Source of the DNA: Adineta vaga
Taxonomy: Eukaryota > Animalia > Rotifera
Reading direction: 5' to 3'
DNA length: 64,000 bases
NCBI GenBank assembly: GCA_021613535.1
Contig: CP075497.1
Coordinates: 2,294,001-2,358,000 of the forward strand
Made by a program: the position numbers and the translations under genes. The notes below the pieces were generated by a model. The model did no database searches, was not told the DNA's origin, and saw only the letters and a list, made by a program, of their open reading frames with translations. This document shows, in pieces, positions 42,055 through 56,027 of the stretch. Position 1 is the stretch's first letter, and each line of letters starts with the position of its first letter.

Positions 42055-42309
42055 ATGTTTGATGAACCACGAAGCTGGCCTGATCTCGTCGGTAAAGATG
42101 GTAAAGAAGCTGTCGAAATAATCAAAAGAGATTCTGGTAAATTTATTGAGAATCATCAACATTTGACATCTTTTTGATCTTAATCAGGTTTTACGAATGT
42201 TCAAATCGTTGGACCAGATATGATGGTTACGATGGATTATCGAACAGATCGAGTTCGAGTTCATGTCAATGAGCAAGGCAAAGTCTCATCTCCACCAACG
42301 ACTGGTTAA
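42055..42309 (+). CDS. Potato inhibitor I (I13) family serine protease inhibitor, second copy
   Basis: SWPDLVGKDGKEA..VTMDYRTDRVRV..PTTG*. Same intron position as the first copy. Confidence 0.92.
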
Positions 42310-42589
42310 AGAAAATCAAAATATTTTTCAAATTTTCATATTTCATTTTACAACTCGTTTAATAAAATATTCTAATAAATTTCAAAATCAACATTGATAA
42401 TTTATCGGAAAACATAATTTTATATTTGCCAAAAAAACTTAATTCGATATTGATGAACAAAAAACAATTGATAAAATGACAAAAAAAACATAGAATGGAA
42501 CACACTGTAATAATAAACTTAAAATCCAGAGAGAGAAGAACGGAATGAGAAAGGAATAATAATGAAATTTTTCATGCTGTAAACCTTTA

Positions 42590-45500
42590 CTACATATATA
42601 TCTCTTCATATCGTCTAACTGCAGAATATCCTGGGTCTCCAGCTGCTTTTATAAGTACTTCTTTTGTTATCAAGTCAGTCAATAGTTTAGCACCCATAGG
42701 TGAACAAACATTTAGCTGTTCACAATGTCCTCTAGTCATTTTTGCCATTTCTTCAAAACTTTCTCTAGCATTATCATTTAAATAAAACGCATGAACGGGA
42801 ATATTCTTAGATCCTAACCTTTTCAATTCAGATGCACAATCAGTTGCTTTTCGAAACTTTGTTTCCTTCCAATATACTTCACCATAATATTCTCGTTTTT
42901 GTCTAACTTGTTCTTTACTATTCGCAAGAGTATCTCCTATCAAAATGACTTGAGAAACTGAGTATAGTGATTCACTTTCCTTGACTGCATGTTGTAATCC
43001 AATTTCAATCGCTTCATCAGATTGTCGACCTGTTACATTGATAGTATCTACAAATGCTCTTAAATCATTAGCTTTTGAATGCCAAGAAGACACTTGTAAA
43101 ATCTGATTTTCTCTATAGTTATAATTTCGATAGAGAGCAAATTGCATTTGAATATTATTACTAGGTAATCTTTGTCCTTGTAAAATAACTGAAGCACGTT
43201 CATATATCGTACAAATCGTGTCTTTAAGAATCGATAATACAAGTGACATTGAACTTGTTGTACTTATAAGTAATATTGTACGAGAAGGATTTTCAATCTT
43301 ATATTCTCCTATATTTTGTTCGGTCAAATATTCTTTGATAAATACTATTTCTCCTCCGCATAAATCAACCATAAATTTTTTAGAAACTTGATGAAAACGT
43401 TTACATGGTTCTATTCGAAGTGTTTTTGCACTACATTGACTTTCGTAAAAGTCAGAACGAGTTTTATTAATTTTGTGATACGAGATTGCACCTGAAATAG
43501 AACCCGATATCCATTCTAAATCTTTATTCAACAAAACCATGCTATATGAACCTCGATCACCTTGTCGTGCTCCTCTTCCCATTATTTGGTATTCTTCTGC
43601 TAATTCTTTCGAAAAGAATGTTTGAAACACATGAACACCTCCATTAGCTAATACTGTTGCATTAATACATATGAAGTCAGTTCCTCGTCCAAATATACGT
43701 GTTAAAAACGTCACTTTGCTCTCTCCTGTTGAACGTTTAATATATAATTCTCTATCTTTAGCAACAACCCTTTCGCTGATAATTAGTACTTCATTTTCAA
43801 TCGAAGACAATATGGATGAATTGTAAAATGCCATTAATTTCTCTTCCGATTCAAAAAATACAAGAATTGGACGTTCAGCATTACGTACTTTATCAATAGT
43901 TTCACGAATTTTGTTAAAATATTTATATTCATCTACTATATGTACATCAGTATGTGAGTTATAAGTGCGATTACTTTCTCCAAAAACAGATGGCATAATT
44001 GTGTCTTGTTGCACTGAATATACATTCTTTAATATATCTTTTTCTGACTGAGCAAGAGTTCTTAGAGTTCCTGTAACACCTGCAATATACGCGAACTCAT
44101 GAGGCATTTCTGCATAAGAAAATTCTCCACAGTTTATCATAAGCCCCACATTAGTTCGTAAACTATCCGAAGTAATATTACCCTTCTCATTTTCATAATA
44201 ATATGCCCACACAGTATGGTAGCCATATATTGCATTATTAACTACAGATTTACCTTGAATATATGCAATCTTATTCTCTCTTACGATATGATTTAAGTGC
44301 GGAAACGTTTGTAAAGCAGATAGCATCTGATTAATAGCTTCGTCAAAGAGAAACATCCAGTTGCTATATTGAGTTGTACAAGTTTTATATTCTGATAAAG
44401 TCTTCACAATCGTTAATGTAATTGATATTCTCTTTTTCCAAACTGCATCTAACAATGCTTTTATCGGAGGATCATTTAAAATCAATAATGGTTTATATGT
44501 TTCTCCGTAGTATTCTGTACTCAAGAAAACATCAACTTCATCAATTAATAATACCTTTGGAGATAAACGTATAGTTATATCGATTGCACTTAACGTATTC
44601 TGATTGGTTAAAATCATCTGTTGTACTTTATCTCGTACATCGCATTGTTCATTTAAAAATTCTTCACATAATTTATTGAAAGTACCATATTTAATACGTT
44701 CTCTTATTCCGAGTATTTGAAAAAGAGAAGTAAATTCATTCCTGTCTCGACTACTTAGAACTTCACTATAACACGAACAATTCACATCAATATTCATCAG
44801 AGCAAAAACACAAGCAGCTATTGCCATTACAACTGATTTTCCTTCGCCTGTACCTATTTCGACTAAATTATTAATCAAACTATTTGAAATTTTTCCTGTA
44901 GACACTGATTCATGTCTTTCCGTCATTGCTCTAGGATAATGTCCAACTCCAAGAAGACGAAAAACAGCAATTACCTGTCCAATATGTGGCATCAATAGAT
45001 ATGATTGTGCTACTTCAATTTCGCGCATCTCGTTATAATATTGTGTATTTTTCAAAGTCCATACAGCGAAAATATACGCTAATAGTATAGGAACCTGCTT
45101 CATAAAATCACAGTCCCATGTTTTAATGTTTGATGTAACAGTTTCTGATCGAACAAGATCTTTGATTTGTCTCACAAGCAATTCAAGATCTGGTTCGTGA
45201 TTCGCGCTTGAATTTATCAATTTAAGATTACAAGAAACTAGTTCATCGTACTTTCTTCGAAAGATTTCGTAATATTGACGTAACATTGGTGTAGAAATAT
45301 CATCTCCGCTTACTCTCGCTAGTACATATTCGAGATCATCTTGTTTTTGCATTTTATTTCGTCGTCTTCGCCAATCTTCTCCAGTTAAACACGAATGTTC
45401 ACTAATGATTCTTATCCCTATATCAGATTTTTGTAATTCTACAACTAATTGCATAATACCTAATATACCGTGCCTTTGTTTATAATCATTCAATGTTTCA

Positions 45501-48500
45501 TCTATGTCTTTATTAATTTTCTTATCAAACATTGATAGATTTTCTGCAAGAAATTTCATTTTAATCAATATATGACATGCATTTTCCGTGGATAGATTCG
45601 TTACTATCATTTGACTACGAAAATCCCTAACCTTCTCATAAATTTGTTGTTCGGAATATTCTAAAACTTGTCGAACTTGAACCCATGGAAGTTTAAGATA
45701 CTCTTCGATCGATTTAAGATGATAATAATACGTACGAAAATCATCTGAGTCTTGTATTGAAAGTTCTTCTTGCGATGCTTTGTTAACTAATTGAAGCGAA
45801 ATATTTTCAACTATTTTTTCTAAATCTTTTTCTAATCGAGAAACATTAACCATCGATGGCAGAATATCTCTAAAATTTTGTTCTATTTCTTGCAATATTT
45901 TCATTGATGTATTAATATTTCTAAGAAGTTCATCACGTTCTCTCTCGAATTTGATTGTATCAGCATTAATAAGTTCGATATTCAATTGAGTTTGAAGATT
46001 ATTCATCAGTTGGGCTACTTCAAAAATCATATCTCTATAAAGAGTAATATTTCTCGTTTCTGTCAACACATTTTGTATCAAATTATGTCTTGATCGGCAA
46101 TGTCGAATGATTTCTAAAAATGTACTCCATTTTTGTGAGATTATTACACTCTCATACAAATCGAGAATGTTTCTTTGACCTAGCGCAGTTCGATATGTTT
46201 CGAAATTTTTTGACAAAAACTGAATCATTCTCTGAAAATCTTCTATTGTATGTTGAAAGATATTATCTGGAAACAGTACTTCGATGTTTCCGCTGATTGA
46301 TTCAAAAAATTCGAGATAAGTAACAATATCAGAAAATGCTTCTTCAACTATTTGTGCTTGTTCAATCGTCGCTATTTCAGCAATAGTTTGACAACATTTT
46401 TGAAATTCTGTTCGAATTAAATAGCAAACAGTTTCGAAAATTTCTTTTACTTCAGGAAGAAAATCACTTAGACGTTCTTTATATTTCAATATTATCTTGA
46501 CACTATCAATAACAGAATCTATCTCGTGTCTTTTCAAACAATTACGAACGAGTAATCGATATGTATTTAGTCTTTTCAAGCTTTGTTCGTGTAGCTGATT
46601 TCGTAATTCAAGTAGCTCCTGTTTTCTATATTGTTTAGCTAATGTTCTGACATTTTCAACGATTTGTTCATCTCTCTCTGTTTCTTCAAAACAGATTTCT
46701 AATGCTTCTCGATATGCCGTCTCTTCGCGGATTGTACATTGTCTCACTGTTTCAATTTCCGATCTGAATAAATTTTGTATTTCTTTGGGTAAAAACTGTA
46801 GTGTATTATTTAATGAACGTATCTTTGTTATTTGTTCATTTAATGGAGCACTATTTAATTTCTCGATAGCTAAATTCATATTTTCTGCGATAATTCCTGA
46901 TATTTTTTTTATGTATTTGGAGATATTTTATGTCGCCATTTGACGCAGCTATGTTTAATTGAATTAATATATTTACGGGTGGATTAAATGCATACTTATA
47001 AACATCTTGAAAATTATGACGTTGTAAAATTTCATTTTCAATGTTTTTAAATTTTTCATCTAACCATTGATATTTTCGGATAACTTCTTCTTCTAAGAGA
47101 AATTCATGTTTTAATTCACGTTGGATACCGTTTAAAATTCTCATGCCTTGTTCAGCTTCAAGAAAATTATTCGTCTCGAGTAAATTTTGAATAGAAATGA
47201 GACCAGAGAAAATAGTCCCAGATAAAGTTTTCCTACTATTGTTGACAAAGTTTTCAAGATGAGTTTTGGTTTGATCATCGAGTATTTCCGAAATCTTGGG
47301 TCTTTTGAGCAGAAGTCGAATTCTCTCGATATTTTCTTTCATTCTTTTTACTTGCATTTTACTCTGTTCTTCTTTCTCAATCTTCCGATCTAGATAATTT
47401 ACACTTTGTTCAATATCATTCAATAATCTATCTAAAGAACTCTGTAAATCATGCTTTACACGATTCATAGCTCCAGCTTCTAAAAGTTCCACATTAATAT
47501 TCGGTAAATGTAAATCAACATTCACATAATCATATTTTTCTATATAATCGAAGATTAATTGATATTCTTCTACAGATTCTTCGATTAATTGTGTTTTATA
47601 CCTTTTATATAAACCTTCGTATCCGTTACTAGGAAAGTCGGCTACACAAGAACGATCAATTCTGCCCATAGCTTCTGCAATGAGTAATTGATTTTGTAGT
47701 TCTTTAACTCTTTGGTGACGGGATAAATATTCCAGAACAGAATCATGAAATGAGAAACTAGTGCATATTAATCGACTTAATTTCGGTCTCTACTCTAAAC
47801 GTTTTCGAGATAAATAACCTATATATGTATCACCCATCTCGACAATTAGGTCGATGTCGGTTGCACTTTATAAATAAAAAAAAGTATATATCTAGGAGTT
47901 TCGATGAATTCATTACAAGTGGTATATATGGTGTACCACCCGTCCTGAAAGGGTTAATTCTACCTAACATTTTATATTCTTCAAGTTTACGACTTAAAAT
48001 TTGATAATAAATAAGAAAATTTTGTTGCCAATGTTCGATTTTCTTCTCTCCATCAATACATTTGAAAACATGTGGAAGCTCCTTGAGAGAAAATAATTGT
48101 TTTAAATTTTTCTCTAATTTTCTTGAATCTTCAGAAGGATCTGTGTTATGATAATTCTCGATACGACTACTCTTGTCAAACGTTGTTTTTAGTTTTTCTG
48201 CAAAAGAATTAATATATTCATCTAAATAACTTTTTAAGATTTCTTCTATAAAATGAATCGTATTTGTTATACGACCATCCTTAGTTTTTTCGCAGTTTTT
48301 CATATAGATCAATGCGTCATTTGCGATAGATAAACGTGATTTATCAGTAAGTTCATGTGGTAATTTCTTTCTTTTACGTTCAGTACTGCGATTGATACTT
48401 TTGTGAACAGGTTCTATACTTGGTTGATGACAAGTTTGAGAATTACGTAGGATTCTTTCGCGCTCTTCGACTTCTCTTAATAAATCTTGACTCGCTCGAA

Positions 48501-51500
48501 TTGTCTGCTTTAACGCTTGAATCTCTGTAGATATCTGTTTATTCATATCATTTACTGCTGAATTATCTTTCTCGTGAGATATTTTTCTGAACAAACTCGA
48601 GAAAAATTTACCTATTGGGCTTCCGCGATTTTGCTTTAAAATTTCTTCCAATTCTTTAAGACAATTTTCCCATTTCTCTATGGACTCTTTCAACTGTTTT
48701 TTCTCGTATAAGATTTTCTCGAGCTCTGATTCGTGTCTAACGATTAAAGAATCGGAAGCATCTGTCTGTAGATGATTATATGCAGATGAATTATATAGGC
48801 TTGTTGTTATTGTCGTCATTTGATTTCCTTGATCAGTTCTTTTCAAAATGTTCTGCAATGTTTTGAAAAACTGACTGTATACGCTGACAAACATGCTCTA
48901 CTATTCTGTTTCTATTCATTGTAATTTCAGGAAAATCATATTCTAACTCACACAGATTTTATTCCATCGATTGATTCTTGTGCTATACAAACATTATCCG
49001 GATATTTCAATGATAAATCAAGATTTCTCACACGATTTTCTAAATCTTGAGCGTGTTGTATTAAATCTATTCGTAATCGATCCATTAATCTCTCATATGT
49101 TTTTGGACTATCTCTATTAATCCACTGTGTAGCAGTTAAACGTGATAATGATCGTACAAGTCGACTATAATCGATACTTCCTGATTGCTCATTTGATGTA
49201 TAAAGCGTCTGATGTGCATTTTCTTGTAACTGATACATATATCTATGAATGTTTCCAATGGTATTATTATACACTACTGCAGTTTTCGACTCAATTTCTG
49301 GTATGTTACGAATAATCTTCATATCATTTACTAATTTACGAACATCGTCCAAAACATTATCTCCATCGTTTTCAAAAAGTCTTTCAATACGTTGATCTAT
49401 TTCATCAAAATATTTCATAATTTTTCCGATGTATTCATCGTAGATCTTATCTAAATCTTTCGTATCATCTAAAAGTTCATGTTTTCTCTTCATCATTTCG
49501 ATATATTTATACACATGTTCTCGCAGTATATAATTCTCTTTGACAGCTTTTAATACATCTAAATTCTTCTTAAGAATCGATATATCATCATTTTGTAATT
49601 GAATCTTAGCTAAGATGGGATCTATTTGATTAAGAAACGTTCTGAGATGTTGTAACAGTGATTTGATCGTGTAAATGACCTTGTAGATGATCGGTAGATT
49701 TAGATATTTTAACAACAATTTCTGCAATATATGTGAAATCATTTTTTAAAAGGAATTCATGTACCAAATGAACAAGTTTATCAAAACGCCTTTCCAACAT
49801 GTTACAGATGGTATTATAAGGTGTTTCAAGTTCGTTAAATAGAGTTTTTAACATATAAAAATTGCCCAAATATATTCCAATATGAGGATTATCTAAATCT
49901 TCACCGTTCAAAACAGATTCTCTCTTCTCAAGCTGCTCATTAACGTTTTGTATCAAATCGTTAGGTGACGGTAACGATGAACCTATATGTTCTTTTATTA
50001 TGTGAATCTGTTGAAAATATTTTACAGCAATTTCATAATCTTTAATATCATTTTCTTTCAATCCATCTTGACTCACCATCGCACGATTAAATCTTTCTAT
50101 AACTTCTCGACGGTATTTATCTATACTATTACTTATCGAACGTTTATACTTTGTATAATCTTCTTCAATATCGTCTTGTTGTAATAAATCGATTAACTTT
50201 TTCCAATCATTCAAATAATATAATACAAGTTCTATGTTTTTCTGCTTCATCATACAATCAATATTATCTTTATTTCGTTGTACATGTTTGTAAATATTAC
50301 TTTTTGTTTCGTCACTCATAGGAAAATGAAATACGTCTGTTGGAGATTGAATACCATCGATTGTTTTCAATTTGTTCATTGATTCTTTCGGATGATCATG
50401 AATAGGATCAATTATAACTGTTTTCTCTTTAGCTTTTTTAATCATATCATCTAATACTGCTACACATGCACGATCTGAGTTTGATGTCGTATCTTGATTT
50501 TCTCTCCATCTTCTAATATCCATTAGAATAGCACTGACATCTGTTTTCTTCGGAAATTTTGTAAATGCATACAATATAGAAGAGAATTTATCTTCTATGG
50601 TTTCACCAAACATGTTTACTAATACTTGTGCGAGTGCCTGAATACCCGCTCCTCTTCGACCTAAATTGTCATAACTTGATAGAACAAGTAACTTAACACT
50701 CTTTGTCTGCTTGAGAGCTTCGATAACTCCGAGAGAATTCGCAATATCAACTTCTATACCAGCTGTATCACCAAAACCTGGCGTATCACATAGAATAATA
50801 ACACTTTCCTCATGTTTACCAAGAATATTTTTCAATTTCACAGTAACAGGTGCAATGCAACGTGTTTCTGGTCTATTAAATGGAGATGAATTAACATTAG
50901 CTAATTGACGACTTTCTATCGATCCATCGGTTGAAATATGATCCAGAAACATTCCTGGACTAGATTCTACTTTAGTCCCGATCATTCTACAACCTGCAAG
51001 TAATTGAATTGTTGTTGATTTTCCGCATCCGGTATTACCAATCAAGAAAACAACATCTTTATTACGAATTAATTCAGCAGTCTCCTTTGCTTTCAAGACA
51101 AGTCTCTCTACTTCTCGGACGTTCAGTGGTCTAATTATCTTCAAGAATACGTTCAAACGAAACACTATTGATAAATAATCGTCTTCTGCTACGAACTTCT
51201 TTAAATCAGTAAAAATATTTTGAATCTTTTCTGATAGTAACTGTTCTTTTTCAACTTGATCTCGTAAGCGTTCTAACCATTAGATCTCTACATTTTCTTG
51301 TTGTGCAGATGAAGTATATCCTAATAATCTTTCTTTGAAGTATATGAGAAGTTCTAAGATAGTTTTTTCAGTACAGGATGGCATAGAAGCTGAATCTTTA
51401 CGTAGATCGTTAAGAAAAAATTGCTTTTTACTCTGCTTATCTATAATGAATCTTTCGTTTGCTGATGGCGATATTAACTGAGTACCTTGCTTGTCTGTTG

Positions 51501-52164
51501 AATTAGTAGATAAAGTATCTGTTACAATGGGTACTCTTTCTGAAATTCGTTCCTGATCTCTTTCCGTTCCTCTCTGCTTCTGACCGTTCTGGATGTCTTT
51601 TGGTAACTCACCTACTGTATCACAATTTAATGTATGTTTTAGTTCTCGAATTTGATTTCCATCACATGCCATGGCAGTACATGTACTCGAGGGTGGTACA
51701 TTCTCGGATCGTGATGGTTTGACGTTGGTCGTTCTTAACAGATTCTCAACCGTCATCGTTAATGTTGCACTATTGTTGAAACTATCTTGTTTTTGCAAAG
51801 TTCTGGCTCGTAATTCATCAGATGGATAAACGTTTGTAAATTGTTTCTGTAATTTCTCTGGAACAATATCAATTCCATTCACTGGATCAATATATTCGGC
51901 CTTTTTAATCGATTCAGTGGCATCAAAATCTAATGAAATTACAGCCCAATGAGAATTTTCTACATCATATGGAATAAGTACAATCCGTTCTCCTGTAAGT
52001 GCTTTGCTTTCCTGTTGTAAGCATACTTCGAATTGATCTTGAACATTAGCATGAACAGTATCTAGAACGTGAATTGGTTTTGAATACTGTTCAGGACACT
52101 GTATACGTGATTTTTCTATTGTTGTTAATAGAACTTTTTGAATATCATCGGATGGAGATTGCAT
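42590..52164 (-). pseudogene. Disrupted giant intronless multidomain gene: CE-clan/Ulp1-like protease, P-loop GTPase, helical region, SecA-like SF2 ATPase, vWA
   Basis: Six colinear ORFs. Motifs: LIPY..HWAVI..EYIDP; GNTGCGKST and DTPGFGDT; EIGTGEGKS, DEVD, GRGTDF and QIMGRGARQGDRG; vWA-like C-terminus (EAIEIGL, VILIGD, IPVHAFY). In-frame TAA at 51280, frameshifts near 49650, 48950, 48840 and 46905, and a MITE insertion. Confidence 0.8.
47708..47953. mobile_element. piggyBac-type MITE (246 bp) with TTAA target-site duplication
   Basis: TTAA at 47704-47707 and 47954-47957. Imperfect TIRs CTCTTTGGTGACGGG / CCCTTTCAGGACGGG. Removing it restores the host frame (GRI-KELQNQLLIAEAMGRID). Confidence 0.9.
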
Positions 52165-52449
52165 GTTTATTGATAACTTTAATGGATCAATAGTTGGAAA
52201 ATGAATGATTTACGTTTTGATCTACAAATACAAACAGTTTGCATCATACTAAATATTGAACTGTAAATAAGAATGGAGAAAACTCTTATTCAAATTTATC
52301 GTTGAAAATACTCGAAAAAGCTATTACTTAAATAATGTTAACTGTTTCTGATTTATGGTTTTCCATTGACTAAAAAAATGAAAAGGATCCAACACGTATG
52401 TCTCGTTGTCTATTAAAAATGTATCTTTTTTTAATTCGAAAAATCTAAT

Positions 52450-52552
52450 CTTGAGGGTGTGGGTGTGAATGTATCCTCCTTATCTTAGAAAATATTTGCA
52501 TCGACTTACACCCTCACCCTCAAGATGGGTGGGGTGGGTGCGGGTGAGGGTG
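52450..52552. repeat. Inverted repeat built from TGAGGG/TGTGGG-like units plus a G-rich tract
   Basis: cttgagggtgtgggtgtga (52450) pairs with ttacaccctcaccctcaag (52506-52524), followed by gggtggggtgggtgcgggtgagggtg. Confidence 0.6.
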
Positions 52553-54143
52553 TTGCAAGGTAAGGAGGAAAGTGTGGAGGTTGAAAAGTTTAAAACTCGA
52601 AGCTTCGACTTCTAGATATATAAGTTTAATAGTCGAAGAAGAAGTTTAATACTCGAATCGAGTTAACGATTTCTACTCTACTTTAGCGGAGGTACCCGAT
52701 GATGGTCAAGAACCTTCCAGACTGAAAACTTCATATGTGAAAAAACGACGGTAGACGTACATAGGGTTGTCCTTGAAGTTCTTTAATTATACCACAACAT
52801 ATCCTGCTGCGCATATCTAAGAGAGAACAACTTATACTATGTAGCATTCCAAATTTACTCGTTTCCTAACAGTTCCCGCTCCAACTCCATCTCAACCTCA
52901 GTTCATATCTATAAAGACTTAGACCTCTGTTTAAAGTTTCATCTATCGTGGATACACCCGCACTCACAAAACACTATAATTTAACGAATGTTATGTGGAG
53001 GGTGAGTGTCTTAGTTCTCAATGGTCCTCACTTCCGTGTAATACAACCAGATTAGGGCGAAAGTAGAATAATAGATGAACAAAGAGAAAAGAAAAGTTGT
53101 AAGAAAATCAAATTGAAAATCACTCATCTTCTTCTTTTCGTTTGATCGTTATAATGAAAAATTTCGTCGAATGAAATAATCTTCTAATATTGAAATCAGA
53201 GGAGCAAAAAGTAATACGAAGGAACACTAAAATGACCAATATAATAATCGTTGTCACGTGAAAATGCCAATCATGTTGCTTAATGCACCTTTAAGCCTAG
53301 TTATTCTTCTGAGTGTGATTGACTCCTAACACAAATATTTCCTATTAATTTTCAAAATTGTTTTTCTAAATAGATATTGTGATATTAATTCAAGAACAAT
53401 GCATAATCTATATTTTTATTTAAAAACTTGTTGATGAATTGCCATAACAACTTTTCCAGAATATCGTAAAAAATTTGTTGAATATAAAGACAAAAAATTT
53501 CTATGAAGTAATTATTGAAGAAGAAAAATGTACACGCTTTTCACTTCTCCTTCATCATTTTATGTTTCCCTTTTACAAAATGAATCGAAACAATAAGAAG
53601 TTGCTCGCTGTTAAACTAATGATGAAAGGAAAATGTTCATCTTTTTAATTTATTTTCATTAAATATTTCTCATTCTCCTGAATAAACTATATGGAAACAA
53701 AAAAAGTGAAACATTTCTTTCTTTATTTCTCTCTTCGTGTGCAGATAGTTTCTGCTCTATTCTTTTTTTTATAAATTAGATGGAAATCTTTTAGTAAAAT
53801 GAAATATATGTTTGTTATTTCACTTCATTCCGATTCTCTTCATTCGCATATCATTTGAGAGAGAACACTGAAATTATCTAAATAAAACGATTTTGCTGAA
53901 TAAACTAAAATCATCTTTCTATTTTCTTTCCGATTGTCAATTAAAATTATATAAATTTGAAAGTTTACAACAACTCACTTCAATGAGAACGCATAGTCTT
54001 CAACATTTTCAGTACAACAACCTCATACATACTTTTAATTAATCGAAAAATTTCATATTATTTGATTATGTTTCTTTCAATTAGAGAATTTTTGTTTATT
54101 TTGAAAAAGCACAATATCACAATTAACAGCAGCGTTATTGTTT

Positions 54144-54262
54144 CCCAGGTGAAACAAGCCCGGTCGTAAACGGCCGTTTTATATCGTATACGGTCCGTTT
54201 CATATGCGCCGTATTACGACCGTTTACGACCCAGGCACGGTCAACGTATTGTTAGACCTGGG
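54144..54262. mobile_element. MITE with CCCAGG...CCTGGG termini
   Basis: TIR CCCAGGTGAAACAA / CCCAGGTCTAACAA and an internal inverted gtcgtaaacgg/ccgtttacgac. GC-rich island; no clean TSD. Confidence 0.7.
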
Positions 54263-56027
54263 CTGTTTTAGTTATATCCATAGTCACATATTCTCTATTT
54301 TAATGTTTTACCGTAAAATATTTTAGGGGAATATTTCTTTAATCACACCGACCTTGCCCTATAGCGCAATGAAAATACATCTAAATCGACAGAAGGTTTC
54401 ACATGAATTGTTCAAGATCTCAAAATTCGAATAGATGACTCGAAATAATCTTTAAAAAACAAATTCTCTCAAGCCTCTTTGGAAAGACCAATAAAAGTTA
54501 TTTGAGAGACTTTTATTTAATTTACACGAATGTTATCTGATACTTTTATAGTCATCAATAGATTCTAATATGATCAATTGCTCTTTTTTCTATAGGATTC
54601 ACTTTCTACGAACATTTCTTTTCCATATGTTATCTTATATAAAATGAGAAATTGAAATATTTCAATTATATAAATGGTAAATATGGAAATGAATACGAGA
54701 AAAATAAATTCAAAAGATTATTTTGAATTAGTAATTGTCTTCTCTTTTTTCTAATATCTTAAATTTAGTTTTTTTCCATTCCTCTAATATTCATTATGAA
54801 AATGTAATTGTTTCAAAACAATTTTTTTGTATTGTCAGGATTTAAAAGACATTTTTTTATTGAAACTCGGTGATTTTCATTATTATAATTGACAACAGCT
54901 ACGCTCACAAACTATATGCTATCAGAGTTTTTTTTCCAAATAATTTCTTTTGTTTCGTGGGTGCTTAGCAATGATTGAAGTACACTAATCATCATAGTGG
55001 AATACATGGTTAACGATCTGGAAAAGGAGGGCTGAGAGGGGCTAGCCTCAAGCATAATTTATGAAATAATGTTTGTTTCTGTGTAATTTTCGAAAATTTC
55101 TTGCTAAACCTTGCCATAAATCGAGATATCAAGTTCTTCTCTTATTTTTCTGACAGAAACAGAAAGAAAAACAGTTTCTGATTACCGAATGTTGCAGAAA
55201 TACTTTAATTTCAGCATTTTGCGTTTAGTGCTATAGAAAAAGGCGTCTGTTGGCTATTCCTAGCAATATTTCTAGACTTTCTGCCAAATTCTAGCGTCTT
55301 TACTCTAAAAAAAAACAATCGAAAACCATGGTGAAATGAAAAGATCTGAGTTAAAAAAATTGATATTTACCCAAAATTTTCCTTGACAAATCTATAAGTA
55401 TAGAATGTACATTCGATTGATTTTTCATTTCGAATTGGTTATTTTCTAAACTAAATTATTTCATAAGATCTTCGTTTCTCTTTCTATTTGAATAAATACA
55501 ATGAAAATTATGAACGTATATAGTTTCTTATTCAACTAATCGAATAAATATAGAAAATAGAGAGTGGGAGTAAGAGTGGTAGGGAATGAGAGAAAATATT
55601 CTACTTTTGTTTATTGTAGAATCTTTTCTTTTCAGTTTCATTCATTTCATGAATTTATACTTTGACGATGACTTCAAGAAATATTTGTCTACTATTTTTA
55701 CTAATATTTATTATACAAACAATGGCAGATGATATTCGATCTGTTCAAATGACAATAATCAATGATAACATATTTCAATGTGCTCAGTCAACTTGTTTAC
55801 CATTTAATAATCTGACAACATCAAATATTCTTGAATGTCAAATAAATTGTTTAAATCGAAATGAATGTATAGCTGTTACGTTTTATAAATCAAATTCATA
55901 ATGTCAATTATTTAATAATTCAATCAATCAAAATGCGAACATGTCATATGAAATGAATGTTGTGACAATGATTACGATTTTTGAAACACGATATCCACCA
56001 GGTTCGTATGAAATAGAAATCATACTA

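Noticed and set aside
51280-51282. Programmed stop readthrough or alternative genetic code in the giant gene
   Set aside because: TAA is used as a normal stop in neighbouring genes, and the same gene also has frameshifts and a MITE, so decay is the simpler explanation.
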